Assembly (NCBI GenBank): GCA_039096225.1 | Contig: JBBPEB010000014.1 | Coordinates: 620,001-684,000 of the forward strand | Length of the DNA stretch: 64,000 bases | From: Blastocystis sp. Blastoise | Taxonomy: Eukaryota > Protista > Bigyra: Opalinata | Direction: 5' to 3' | In this document: one piece after another, positions 1 through 14,477 of the stretch | How positions within the stretch are numbered: the first letter of the stretch is position 1 | How the letters are laid out: the number at the start of each line of letters is the position of its first letter | Position numbers and translations under genes: made by a program | The notes under the pieces: generated by a model | The model's database searches: none | The model's input: only the letters and a program-made list of their open reading frames with translations | Told to the model about the DNA's origin: nothing

Positions 1-729
1 CGACAAGATTTTTTAGAGTTATATACATATATTAGAGAATTACTATTATTATGTCCAGTTTCTATTCAAGAAGAACTAGATAATCAAATGAACAATATCC
101 GCGGGGATCTGAAAGAATGGAAAGACAATATTCAATCTATTATTAACTTGGGAAATAATGTATTTATATTATTTATTATTATTTATTATTATATATAGAT
201 ATTTATGATATCTCTTCTTTCTTCTTATCTTCATACTACTCAAACAAGTATATATATATATATATAATTAACATTTATATAGTATCAAATAATTATATTA
301 CTGAAGTATCCAATCTCTTTATCAGCTCTATTCCGTTTCTCTCACCATATCTATATATCTATCTTGTATATATATTATATATAGTTATATCTATTTATTA
401 GTGTATATATCATTTATATATATATACATATAACCTTGATCATTATCAATTATATATGAATTATAATTCTAGTATAATTGCTTGACTCTTCCATTTTGTC
501 TTATTCCTTCTATTATTGATTCTCTTGATACTAATACAGATATTCATGGAAATACATGCTTATTCATATCAAATATAAAGAATGAATCTCTCAACTTCGT
601 TTATAATAGTATATATATATATATTTGTATACTTTATATACATATTAATCATGCATATTTATTTGTTTATAGCTATATCTATTCCCTCAAATTCTTTTTC
701 AATTTACTCATTTCTTATCTCTGTTCTCG

Positions 730-764
<35 letters not shown>

Positions 765-3607
765 TTTTTTAATTTTTCTTAAAATAACTTTCATTACAGA
801 TACATATCCCGTTCTTCTTTTGCAACCTTATTCATGGTTATTTTCTTCATCGCAGAGTATTTCTATTGGTTTCTCACGATTTTTATTTTACTCCTTTTTA
901 CTTGTTTCTAAACATGAGTCGAAATCATTATATTATTGGAATATAGATCATTATATAAATATATATGGATATATATTTATAAATCAACTACAAACATCTT
1001 TTGTATCTCTTTGTCAATTTTGTGGTATATTGATATCATTTATTATATTATTATTGATTATATTATTTTATTTATATTATTTTTATTATTAATATATAAT
1101 ATCTATTTCTTTATTATTTCTGTAGCTCAGTACATATCATTACTCATAATAAGCTCATCATACAAATCAAGTATATATATAATATCATTATATAATACTC
1201 TATATATTTATTTAGTTATTGATTCTATAAGTCATTTTATTTGTAAACTTATAACAGATTATATATATACAACACAGTCTCCAGCAAAAATTAATAATTT
1301 TCAATATTTCTCCAATTTATTTTATTCATTGTTTCTTATTACATATAATTATCTATTATATTATGAACCCTATATAACAAATTCATTATCTTCTTCTTCA
1401 ATAGACGTCTCTATATCTTTACAACAATTTCCATCAATTTCCCATGATTATGAAGAATTATTAAATACATACTTGTGTTCTTCATCATTTGAAAATATAG
1501 ATTCTTTTCTTATAGCACATCCACTGTCATCTTCTTCTTCATCTTCTTCATCTTCTTCTCATTCCATATTACAATCTCTACATACTCTATATATTTCTTT
1601 CTTTTCAACGCTTTTCTCATCGTTTCCTTATTTTTCAGACATATCAATAAAATCTCTTCCCTCTTCATATATAAAACTCATTATATATATTTCACAATAT
1701 CAGTATTTATCGTCAAATATCACTTCTTCATTCTATCTACCTCTTTATCTATATTTATCTTCTTCATTACCATTATCATTATCAGATAATAAGAATACAT
1801 ATAAACCTATGAATAACGATAACATAAATAATAATATTAATAACGATATTCCAGAGTCTAATACAATATCTAATCAAATAGATAATTCATCTAATAATCA
1901 TAATAATAGTATACATAATGATTGTATAGAACTAATAGATTCATTCAGTCATGATTTGTTATATTCTATTTCTCATTCAGAATCAATATCTTCTATTAAT
2001 ATATATATTCTATATCAACTTTATCTCTCTATGGAGTATCATTATTTGAAATATCAATATAAATCTATTCAATCCTGTATATATATATATATATATATAT
2101 TATTGTTTTTATTCTATTATCTTTAATATATTTATATTATAATTAAATATTATTATACTTTGTTTCTATAGTGGAAAAACAAAATTATTCATCTTTATAT
2201 GATTTCTTATATATACTCTCTTTATTGAAGAATTATATGCTAGATCCATCAAGACATACTACACCCTTTTATATACATAAATTATATGAATACATAGAAA
2301 ATCAATCAAATAGTGAACAAACATTTGAAATATTTGCTTCTCTATTACTCTCTTCAATCTCTACATATATATATACTATGCAATCTTATATATATTTATT
2401 ACAAAAAGTATTTAATATAAATGAAATGTTACTTAATAAGAATATACATATTCATTTACTTCCTGATTATTTACGTATGGTTTATAAACATGCAAATACA
2501 AATATGAATTTAACTTTATCTCCTTCAATATTGATATTAATTATAAGATCTGTTCTTATACAATATACAGATTCATTTGTTCAATCATTATTCCCCGTAG
2601 GTATATCTTATACACAGAGAAAGAAATGTCATAATTGCTTATTCAGTAGAAACCTCATTTTTGGAATTGCTAGTGAAACTACGATGTCGTCTTTATATAC
2701 AATTATTGATAAGTATAATATACTTATTGGAATAGTAGAGTATATTTTATGTAGTTTAGATAAATGTCCTTATCATGAATATTTATGTTGTGAGAAATTA
2801 TATCCAGATATAATTGATATAGATTATATAAAGACAATTGATTGGGTAGTATTAGAACAAGAAATGAAAAATAAATCAGATAATATATTAAATAATGAAT
2901 TAAATAATGAATTAAATAATGAATTAAATAATGAATTAAATAATAAATGTAATAATAAATTAAATAATAAAATAAATAATGAATTAAATAATAAATTAAA
3001 TAATAAATCAGATAATATATTAAATAATAAATTAAATAATAAATTAAATAATAAATTAAATAATGAATTAAATAATAAATCAAATAATAAATCAGATAAT
3101 GAATTAAATAATGAATCTCAAGATCCATCAGCATACAATCAAAAAGACTCAATTATATCAAAATATATTTATAATAATAATCAAGACACAAGAGTAGATT
3201 GCCCTTGTATTCATTGTTTAGAAGAAAAAAACAATATGTTTCGATGTGATCCTTTTATTACTCATCAAAGTCAACAATCTAATCAACATGTAGAATCTTA
3301 TCAAATACCTTTAATAAATACCTCGTTTTCAAGCAATAATAGTCTTAGAGAAAACTATACAGATATCACTTGTTCTTATCCTGAAGAACATTATTTTCAA
3401 CATCAAACAAGTACTATATCACAAAGAATTCATGATATTACACAAACTCAAGTGATGACTCCAGAAGTTATTGAGGAATTCAACAATTATACAGAAGTCA
3501 TCAAGAATTTACTTTTAAGTATTTCTCATTCTTATGCTGATCGACTAAGAACCTATCCGATTCTTTGGAAGAAAATTAAAGAAATATATCCATTCTTATT
3601 TGTATAG
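1..3607 (+). CDS. Hypothetical multi-exon protein, 5'-truncated, with Ser/Asn-rich segments and a Cys-rich C-terminal exon
   Basis: Exons join in frame through 7 GT-AG introns, from RQDFLELYTYIRE (position 1) to ...KEIYPFLFV* (TAG ending 3607). No recognisable domain. Confidence 0.7.
2870..3115 (+). repeat. 12-bp coding minisatellite encoding (NNEL/NNKL/NNKS)n
   Basis: About 20 tandem aataatgaatta/aataataaatta-type units inside the last exon of gene 1. Confidence 0.9.
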
Positions 3608-4192
3608 TATTAGAAAAACAGATATCAGAATATTGACACTTTAGTTTCGTTTATTTTTTTGATTATTTTAAAGATTCTAATATGGTCTTAGTTATTGAGT
3701 AATATGAGTCCTAATCAGATAGAAGAACTTAAAGAGAATTATTCAATCATAAAATAATGAAAATATTTTTATAAAAAAAATAAAATTTTCAAATCATTAC
3801 TAGATTTGTGTTTGCTATTTAGACTAAACTAAGAGGAAACGAATGAGACATAACTAAAAGCAACATTGATGCATAATCACATTAAAATAAGTGTGTTTAA
3901 AGAGATCAATATAAATGATACGTTTTTCATGATTATACAGAACAAACTGTCTCTATGCGTCATTTTCGTTTTATTCGGAAACACAATAAGAATCTCCAAA
4001 AACACAGATAAAAATAGAAAAACCCGGCAGTATCTTTGGATATTCCCGTTGGAAAAACCTCATTGATACGGAATTTTCTAGAACTTTTTCATTTAAGGTT
4101 ATTCTAGATGATTCGCTTTTGATTTGGCACCTTTTTATAAATGCTCTTCATAATTTAATTTAAAGTGAAATAATTGTTTTTATTATTCTAAA

Positions 4193-4429
4193 ATGACAGG
4201 AACTAAGCGTGAGTATCCTGATGATGGTAACGATACCTTTAATAAACGTTTTTGCTGTAATCCATTCAGCAATTTTTCATTTGGCTCTTGTGATTGGAGG
4301 TCAAGACTATGCGATTCTAAAAAATCAAATGTTTCTAAGCCAATTGAGTTATGTTCACCTTCTTATGTTATTGATAATTACTATATTGATGGCACGTCAC
4401 TAAGGTCGATTATTCTTGAAGTTGATTAA
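4193..4429 (+). CDS. Small intronless hypothetical protein, 78 aa
   Basis: ATG in an AAA context, GC content above the flanks, non-repetitive sequence, TAA stop, and a T/GT-rich downstream region. Confidence 0.45.
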   Translation: MTGTKREYPDDGNDTFNKRFCCNPFSNFSFGSCDWRSRLCDSKKSNVSKPIELCSPSYVIDNYYIDGTSLRSIILEVD

Positions 4430-4912
4430 TTATAGAATGAAGTTATATTTATTATTATTCTTTTTTTCAAATAAATGGAATGTTGCTTGCTTTTCTCTTT
4501 TTCCATCTTTCTTAGTCTATATATTTTTTTATACTTTTTGCGTCATATCTATTTATTGTTTATTTCGTAATATAAATTAATTTTTTGTGATATCTTTTTC
4601 AAAAAGATATCGTCTTTCTTTTGTCCATAATTTTATTTGTTTATTTGATATGTTTTCAATTTGATCCATCTCTCTTTTTGTGTTTGTTTTTTTTTTTAAA
4701 TATGATTTATTAAGTAGAGAAATAACACTGATGTGTATGAATTCTTAATATAGATACATGAATTGACATGATATAATAATAGAGAAGCTATAGAAAAAAA
4801 TAAAAGGAGAAAAAGGAAAAAGATCATTATATTGATTATTAGAAATAGAAGAATATACAAATATTTATAATAAAAAAAAATTAGAAAAAGTTCATAAAAA
4901 TTATATAAAAAA

Positions 4913-6021
4913 TTATAGATCCCAGTAATTCTCTGATAATAATTGACTTGTTGAATTGATATTTTTCTTTGGAACCATATTAAGTGAACTATATTCATCA
5001 TCATCATCACTATCAAACATAGTTGATTCTCGTTTTCTTCTTTTAACAATAATTTTATTTGTTTTTGGAGAAGATAATGAAATAATAGTATTTGAATCAT
5101 CCGTTAACATATGTATATTATTATTCTGTTTATATTCTAATGGCGAATATATATCAATATCATCATTCTTTTTCTTTATTGATGTAGAACTAAGACTTTT
5201 TGATAAATAACTTTTTGTAGTTGATTTCGGAGTCACAGGAGATATATTATTGTCATTACTATTAATTTTATTATCATTATTAATTTTATCATTATTAATT
5301 TTATTATTTCTATTAACAATAGAAGATTCTTTTGTGTTGATTAGTGTATTGGGATTAATACCAGTAGATATGGATTCTAATTGTGTTTCTTGAGAAATAG
5401 ACCGTGTAGTATTTGTTAATCGAGGTCTAACTATATATTCTGATTGTTCATGATCTATAGTATGATTATCTAAAGTATTATCATTTATAGAGAATGATTG
5501 TGAATGTATATGTGAATATATAGGAGATGAAGATAGAGGTGATGACTGATCCGAATGAATAGTAGTTTTATATGGAACATCAGTAGGAATTAAACTATAT
5601 TCATTAGTATATTTAGGTTGAAGATTTTCTTGAATAGCATGCTGTAATGAAGAGAGAGATGATAATAAAGAAGATTTCTCTGTTGGAATAGGAGTAATAA
5701 TATATTCTGATTCTTCAGGAAGAGACGAAAGTGTAGTTGAAGAAGGAGATGAATGTGATGCTAGAGAATTATTAGAAGTATTAATAGGATTATTATTAAT
5801 AGGATTATTATTAATAGGATTATTATTAATAGGATTATTATTAATAGGATTATTATTAGAAGAAGAAGGAGTATTTATTGATTGTTGAGTAGATATAGAA
5901 TTAGTATATTGTGAAATAGAATGAATTGAATTTACTTCTGGATCTTTTCTTTTATATATATGTATATCTTTAGACTGTTTATATTTATGTACTGGAATCA
6001 ATTTATCTAGAGGAAAAAATA

Positions 6022-6080
<59 letters not shown>

Positions 6081-9000
6081 AATAATATATTATAAGGTAG
6101 TAATAGAAAAAAATAATTGATACATATCATATATATAAATAATATATATATACGTTTATGAGATTCTATAGGTGTATCAAAAATAGTAAGATTTTCTTGA
6201 GGAATACTATTCTTTCTAGATCGTTGTTGTCTATCATATTCATTATATTTTGATATTCTTTCAATTTTATTTGTAGTAGAATCATGAGTTTGTGAAGATA
6301 TATCTAAAAATAAAGGAGAAAATAAGGAATAAAAGAATAAATATATAAGGTATATAATTCTATTATATAGATAGTTTATATAAACAAATAATTTATATAT
6401 TAGTGTATAATAATATATATATATATACTAGAGAGAGTAATAATATTAGAAAGTGAATTTTCATGAATAATATCGATCGATGATGTATATAACTCGGGAA
6501 TACGAAGAAATTGAGGAATTGAATCGATATTCCCGTGGTTCTTATGAATATTAATAGAAGATGATGATGATTGTGATGAGAATTGTTTTGATGAAATAGA
6601 GTCTTCATTTTGAGAAATAATCGTGGAAATATCAGTATTTAACTGGGGTTGAATATCTATATATATGGATAAGTTCATTATGTGATATGAATGATATTAA
6701 TATATATATATATACAATGAAGAGAAGGAGGTTTATAGATATTTAAATGCAGATTTTTATTTAGTTGAACTTCTTTTTCAGTATATTTCAGTTTATTTAA
6801 GCTAATAAGACAATCGTCTAAATATTTTTCATTACTTTCTATACTAATATTATTATTATTAATATTATTATTATTAATATTATTATTATTTGAGAATAAA
6901 GGAATTGGAGAATGAGGGAGTGATTCTATTGGATCCAGATCACATGATATTTCGGGAGTATACATAGTGATTGGAGAATTGACATTTTCGACGTTATTAA
7001 TAGTATTATGATTATTCATTGAAACAGTATTATGTTCAATATCTTGTATATTATTATTATTATTATTTGATTGTTTCTTAGACTTAGTATTGTTTTGGAT
7101 CTCTTCTTCTTTGAAAAATGAATGTAATAATTGTTTAATATATACAATACATAGTGATAAATATAAAGTATATAAATAAACATAAAAAGGTTGACCAAAT
7201 AATGTAATATTGATTTCTATATGGAATCTATATAATTGATATATATATAAGTGATATGTATAATTGATATATATATATACATGGGATTCATATTCAATAG
7301 ACCGACAACAATATAAAAGGAAGCGAGAAACAGAGAGAAATAAGAGAGAATCTGATGAGTATATTTATTTAGATATATAGTAATATAGAGAGAAATGTCA
7401 ATAGGAAGGGAATGAGAAGTAGCTAGAGAGAATATAGGATATATAATATAATAGTATATTTAATAGTTGATATATATAAGATTATATAGTTATATGTATG
7501 AATATATGATATAATTAATTACTATATAGATATAGAGTAGTGACAAGATAGAGAGGTATATATAATAAGAAGGAGAAGAGACGCGAAGTATATGGATAGG
7601 TATCCAATAGTATAAATGCTATATATATAATAATAAATAAATAAATAGATATATACCTAATAATGATGAAAGTACAAATGAGTATATATATTTATAAGTA
7701 TTATTAACAATATGGAATGATGAATAATAAACAAGTATAGAGAATATTCTTGAGAATACAGAAAATCCAATATATACAGACGAACACATAGAGGGATAAT
7801 ATATTAAGGAATTAATACGAATTGTAAGAAATTATTATAAATATAAATAATAATAATAAATATAAATAATAATAATAAATATATATAATAATAATAAAGG
7901 ATACATAAATATAAAGAAATATTCCTGTGATAATAAGAGAAACATGGAGAAACCAATTGTGATTTGAGTAAATAATAATATACAGTATTTGAAAGAGGAA
8001 AAAGACTGGATATTGATGAATAGGAGGAAGAGAAAGAGAAGGAAGAGAAAAAGGAGAAAACGAAACCGAAAAAGGGAATGAAAATGGATCTTGAGGTGAT
8101 TCTGTTTGTATTGTATTCTATATATATATATAGTATTCTATATCATGTATTCAATCTTATGAATATAATAATAATACTATATATTTACAGATAATAGAAT
8201 TAAAGCGATATATATAAACAGATGAGCTGTCGGTATTGAAGGAATATATCGATATATGTATATATATAGAAGAAGAGGAGATGTCCATAAGTTAAAAGGA
8301 AATTGAAGTGAATAGAGTATCTTTATATATAATATAATAGTATATAATAAGAATAGAAAAAAATATAATAATAATGTATTAGAATAGTATATAATAATAA
8401 TAGTAATAAATTTATTACACATACTTGAATAATTCCAAAAACTAAAATATAGAGTGTAATAGAAATAGAGAGAATAGTAGCAAAATAGGGATATAGGAAT
8501 GAAGAGAGAATATAAGAGAAATAATAAGTGAGGGATATATAGAGGGATTGGAGGGGAGAAATGAGGGATGAAAGGAGCGTCATCAATCCACCTATAATAA
8601 TATTATAAAATATAATATATAATATATAATATATAATATATAATATATATATATACTTGGTGAAGAAATCATTGCAAATAAAAGCACAGAACATGATATA
8701 TATAGAAATTCTATATATACATGATATTTAAAAATATATGAATATACTTTTTTTAAATACAAGTTTTTTTGAAATCATAAATTTATATATATATATAAAT
8801 ATAAGAATAAAAAGTGGAAGAGAAGAAGAAGAAGGAGTTGGGTAATAATCATCAATAAGAGATGCTATATATATATTTAGAATTATATTATATATATATA
8901 CGTGTATAAACAACGATTTGATTTTGTTGATTGACTATATACATAAATAAATAAATATATATATATATATATATAATTATTACATACATGGTAAAAATGT

Positions 9001-9572
9001 GTTTAATAGTAAATAGAGAGGTGTATATATGTTTGAAATCATATAGAGAAAGAATGGAATAGAGAGAAAGAAGAAGAATCGACATATATAAGTAAATAAT
9101 TGATAAAGAACTTGCTGTTTTTGAATTGAACAATTAATATAGTAATAACGAAAGTATATTAGAATGGATACAATAGATATCATCTTTAGGATCAATATAA
9201 GCATATAATAAAGTGTCGACTCTGTACAATTCTATAGAAAAAAATAATAATAATATGAATAAGAATAAGAAAAACGCAAAAAACTCACTCTGATTTCTTC
9301 ATTTATTGAGAAATTCCACATATAACCCGATTTCTATAAATCAAAATCATAGTTAATATATAAAAAACATATATAAATACTTCTGAATGAAAAAATGTTA
9401 ACGAACCAAACGTGAATAAATCCCATAATGTCCATAATATAGATTCTGTGGTTCTTAGAACATAACGAACAGGATTTATGGGAGAACAGAGTGAAGTAAA
9501 ATGAGGAATAAACCCCATACAACACAAAATGAATACGATTATCATGAAAATCAGTTTATACCGAATCATCAT
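4913..9572 (-). CDS. Hypothetical multi-pass membrane protein with a long low-complexity S/N-rich C-terminal tail
   Basis: About 15 exons join in frame from MMIRYKLIFMIIVFILCC to SENYWDL*, with many hydrophobic segments. One junction needs the U12-type intron at 7796-7904. The start codon is uncertain. Confidence 0.65.
7796..7904 (-). other. U12-type (minor) intron with non-canonical GT-AT termini
   Basis: 5'ss GTATCCTTT, branch TTCCTTAAT, then ATATTAT|CCC. There is no in-frame AG; a phase-0 join restores the frame. Confidence 0.7.
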
Positions 9573-9791
9573 TATGGATCATCTAAATAAAAAAGTATAA
9601 AACTCACTTATATGAATGAAATGGTATAAAAAACACGGCACAAAATTGATTTCTCGAAACTGAATCAGAATCGTGAATACATCTCATCATTTGACTGAAA
9701 AATGAAAATTGTTTGTATTTTAGCAAAAGTCATTTTTACTCCTTTTCCTGTTAATTTGCATCTGTTTCTATTCTAAAGCAATTGTAACAAT

Positions 9792-10880
9792 ATGGAAAAC
9801 TACTCTGATGCTGGAATACTACTTAAACAGGTATATTATTATTATAAAATATTTTTATTATTGTTATTCAGCAATTGGATAGGTATGACAAGCAAATAAA
9901 TGACTTAAAGAGTCTCTATGATGAATGTGTGGGTGTAAGAGAGCGATTAAACACTCTTCCTGATGAATATACTCAAAAAGTGATGGTATTTATGAAATTT
10001 GAATTATATATATAATCAGCATATAATGACATGTATAATTAGGTTCCTTTAGGTCCATTAGCGTTTATGGAAGGAAAGATTGTTCATACAAATGAAGTTT
10101 TATGTGCGTTAGGTGATGACTACTTTGCTTGGAGATCTTCAAAGCAAGCACAAGGGATATTAGACAGACGTCAATCTCACATGGAAAAGAAAATAAACAC
10201 AATTCAAGAAGAAAAAGCAAAATTATTAGATTTACAACAACAAATAAATGGAACATCTGTATATATAGGAATAATATTGATTAGTTTTTCTTTATTTGAA
10301 TATTCTATTAGTATTATTATTGTTTTTATTTTTTAATATAACATTTTATTCTTATATTTTTAATAAATATATGATTATAATGGATATGATGATGATTATT
10401 TCTTTATATATATATATATACAGGGTAGTTCCAAGGAAACAGAAGATATTCATGAGATTGTCGAATATATACCTGATGAAGAAGATACTCATGAAGAAAT
10501 CTTCTCTAAGGACACGAATAATCACGGGAATAACTATTATTATGATTCAAATAATCAAAAACATATTACTGTTTCTGTTAATGGAAATCAATATAATAAT
10601 AATAATAAAATGAATGATATAATAAATAAACAAGAAATAAGAATTGATTCTAAATCTACAAATAAAACAAATCAAGAATTTAATGAAGCTTCTCAATCAT
10701 TGGATGATGCGTTTCATGCAGCACGTGCTGAAGGTGTATTGGATGATTCTCATGACGCACTTGTGAGAGATCATAACTCAGAACAATATATAAAGGAAAA
10801 GAAAGAAGAATTAAATCAACAATTTAATCATTTATTAAATAATGGTATATAGTTATATGATGATGATTATTATTATTATG

Positions 10881-10919
<39 letters not shown>

Positions 10920-11578
10920 GCTGAGATTATTACTGAAAATCATCCAGAAACTCAAGTAAAAGAAGCCAGTTCAACTATTGTTTCGGATACAAAGAAATCG
11001 ACTACAGCGACTGGTGATGAAGGAGAAATAGATACCATTGATTCTGTATGTATATAATAATAATAATAATGCTTTAATAACGATTATTTTATTTATAATA
11101 TTATATATATATATAGAATCATATGTGTGGTAATTGTGGGAAAAAGAATGCTCAGTATATATATATATATATATCTATTTATATCTATTTCTCTATTTTT
11201 CTATACTATGAAATCTTATATATAAATATATATAAATATATATAAATATATATATAGTTATCAATGTAGTCGTTGTAAGTCTGCATATTATTGTGATCGT
11301 GATTGTCAACTAAAACATTGGAATAAGCATAAAAATATATGTCAAACCATAGCAAAACAAGTATAGATAATATATATTAGTTATATTATTATAGAGTAAT
11401 ATATATTTATATATCATGAATTCTTATATATATATATATATAGTTGAAATATTCTACACCATCTCCTAAGCCATCTATTCAAGTTAAATCTCCCGCCATT
11501 CAAGTTAAATCTCCCGCCATTAAGCCCTCATCATCATCATCTTCTTCTTCTTTTTTAAAATCTACTATTACACAACCA

Positions 11579-11609
<31 letters not shown>

Positions 11610-12129
11610 TAGAATCTAAGAAAATAGTACACGATCCTGTTTCATCTAGTGTAAAAGAACATCCTGTGGTTAATAATACTATTACTACTACAACTAATAA
11701 TAATGAAAATACAAAGAAGCGTGTATCTCGATTTAAGAAGAATATGGCAACTAATCAAGATTCCCGTGGTAATTCGGATGTTTCCTTGAATCCTTCTGTT
11801 CATATTGCTTCTCCTTTAGGTATATCTATGAATAGTCATCCAGATATACAACCTATTATTAAAGAACGAACTGTAAATAACCCTCTTCAACAAATGGAAG
11901 TATATATATATATATATAATTTATTCTATATGAAGATATGCTTATTTTACATATTTTTTTATACTTTTTTTTATTATGATTAAGATTAGTTCCTATTATT
12001 ATAATCATTATTATATATCTTTTTTAGGAGATTTCTACTGAGCAGCCTCGTCGTATTTCTCGTTTCCGTAAACAATTATATAAAACAGATGATGATGATA
12101 ATGATGAAGATGAAGATGATTATTTTTAA
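9792..12129 (+). CDS. URI1: Unconventional prefoldin RPB5 interactor (URI1/Bud27) with an internal zf-MYND domain
   Basis: Alpha-prefoldin signature LNTLPDEYTQKVMVPLGPLAFMEGKIVHTNEVLCALGDDYFAWRSSKQAQGILDRR; C-terminal RVSRFK and RISRFR URI-box motifs; 8 GT-AG introns. Confidence 0.85.
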
Positions 12130-12621
12130 ATTATTCAATAATAACATTTTTATATATAAGTTTTGTGTGTTTTTCGTTTATTGTTTGATTTGTATATATG
12201 TAATATATGATGTGTTTAGTACAAATATAAAATAGTTATTCCTTCAAAAACTTATTCTCACTCTAATTAGTCTTTATATTCATATAATATATATATATAT
12301 ATATATATATAAAACTGAATAAATGCAAGCCTATTTCATAAAAAAAGCAATATGAACAACATAAACAAAACAACAAGATTGAAATTGAAATAGTACTCCA
12401 TAATAATGAGAAAAAAAATAAATACAAATATATATATAAATATATTATGATTATTATGGAATAAATCTAAGAAATAGAAAGAAACAATATAGGAAAGAGA
12501 GAATATAAATATATATACAGATATTAACAATAAAAGATAAAAGAGTTACGAAAATAAAACTCATAAATTACACATATATATATAATAAGAAAAAGAATAT
12601 AAAGCTGTATAAATAGTTTGA

Positions 12622-14413
12622 TTAAAGTGTACCATTCAACCAATTGACCACTTTATTTTGAAGATTCTTATCTGATGAAAGTTTAAGATAAAGAAGATTA
12701 TGGTCTGATTCATTTATAGTTGATAATATTTTTATAAGCTGATCTATCTCATCTTCTGTAGTTTTTCCTTCTATATATATATATATATATATATTTATAG
12801 TACTAATAGTAATATAAAATATATAGCATAACACTATTATTAATTCTATATGTATAATTATAATTATAATTATAATAATAATTATATATATATATATACG
12901 TGTAAGCATAACTTCTTCAAGACAGAATGATCCTTCATCAAGATGTTTTTTAAAACAAGAACAGAATTGTTTTAATGCAGAAAACTTCAAATGATTACCA
13001 CAGAAAGAGATAGAAGTGATTGTAGTATTATATTGTAAAAAGATATCAATAAACTTGGAAAAGCCTTGAGTAGATATTTTGATATCATTAGCAATTAATT
13101 TATTAATAGGAATAAAGTTATTTGTAGAAAGAAGAGTGGTCATAATGACAAGTCCTGAGTCATCAATAGGATTATCTATTATTAGTATATAGAATATAAT
13201 ATAGAATATAGAATATAGAATATAGAATATAGAATATAGAATAGAACATAAAAGATTATATATAATATTATAAATATATATATATATACTTGATATATTA
13301 AGTGTATTAAGATTGACAAGAACACCACGTATACCAGAAATTAATTGACCAAAAGATTGGGATGTTAAACGATTATCTATATATATATATTTAAAAAATG
13401 AATATGTTCATTAATAATAATAATATACTATATAATAACAATAAAGATAGAATAGATAATATAACACGTTATATATATATATATATATTTACTTGAAACA
13501 TCAAGTAGTTTAACAGTTCTGAATATAGGTAGTCGGAGAATAGTAAGAAGAAGAGGAATACCTTCCTGGGTTATATAACAATTAGAAATATCAAATGTTT
13601 CAATAGGAGTTACAGTAATTTGTGCTTTTTTATATAATAAATCTAAGCCAACCATATCTTTTATTGTCCAATGAATATTTATTTCTAGAGGAACACATTC
13701 AAAATTTTCAGGAATAGTATTTCCAGAAGAGGAAAATAGAGGAGGAACACGTGATGATAGAGAAGCTATATAAATAATATATAAATATAATAAATATAAA
13801 TTTAAAAAAAAAAATTAAAAAGATAGATAATGCTATAATAATATAGTATATATATATATATATATATACGATCATTAGAAAGAAGTAGTTGTGTTCGTTT
13901 GAGTACAAGTCCATGAAGATCATTATATATACTGTTAACATCATCTCCTTGAATATCGGATATATTCCCTATATAAATATATATAGAAGATAAGTATTCA
14001 TACTAGTATTGAATACATATATATTATAAAAAGAGTCTTTAATAATAATTTAGTACTATAAATAGGATATCTATATAATAATACCTGATATATCAAATGA
14101 GTGCAGTTTATATGAAATAGCAGTAGAATTTAAGATATTATAAAAAGTAGTTAGAGATTTCGAGCTTAAATGATCGCCTATATAAATAATATATATATAT
14201 ATATAGTAATTATATATATATATAATCAATATATATACATGAAATATAAAGTCCTTGTAAATTAATAAATAATTCATCAGAAAGACATTCACAGAACTTT
14301 ATAAATCCTTGATCTCCTATGTTACATTCTATATAATAATAAACAATAATTAAAAAAAAATAATATTAATAATAATTAAAAAAAAAATAATAATAATAAT
14401 CATAATAATTAAT

Positions 14414-14477
<64 letters not shown>

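Noticed and set aside
2724-3152. 142-aa antisense ORF (YLIH/YLIY)n
   Set aside because: Shadow of the 12-bp coding repeat in gene 1.
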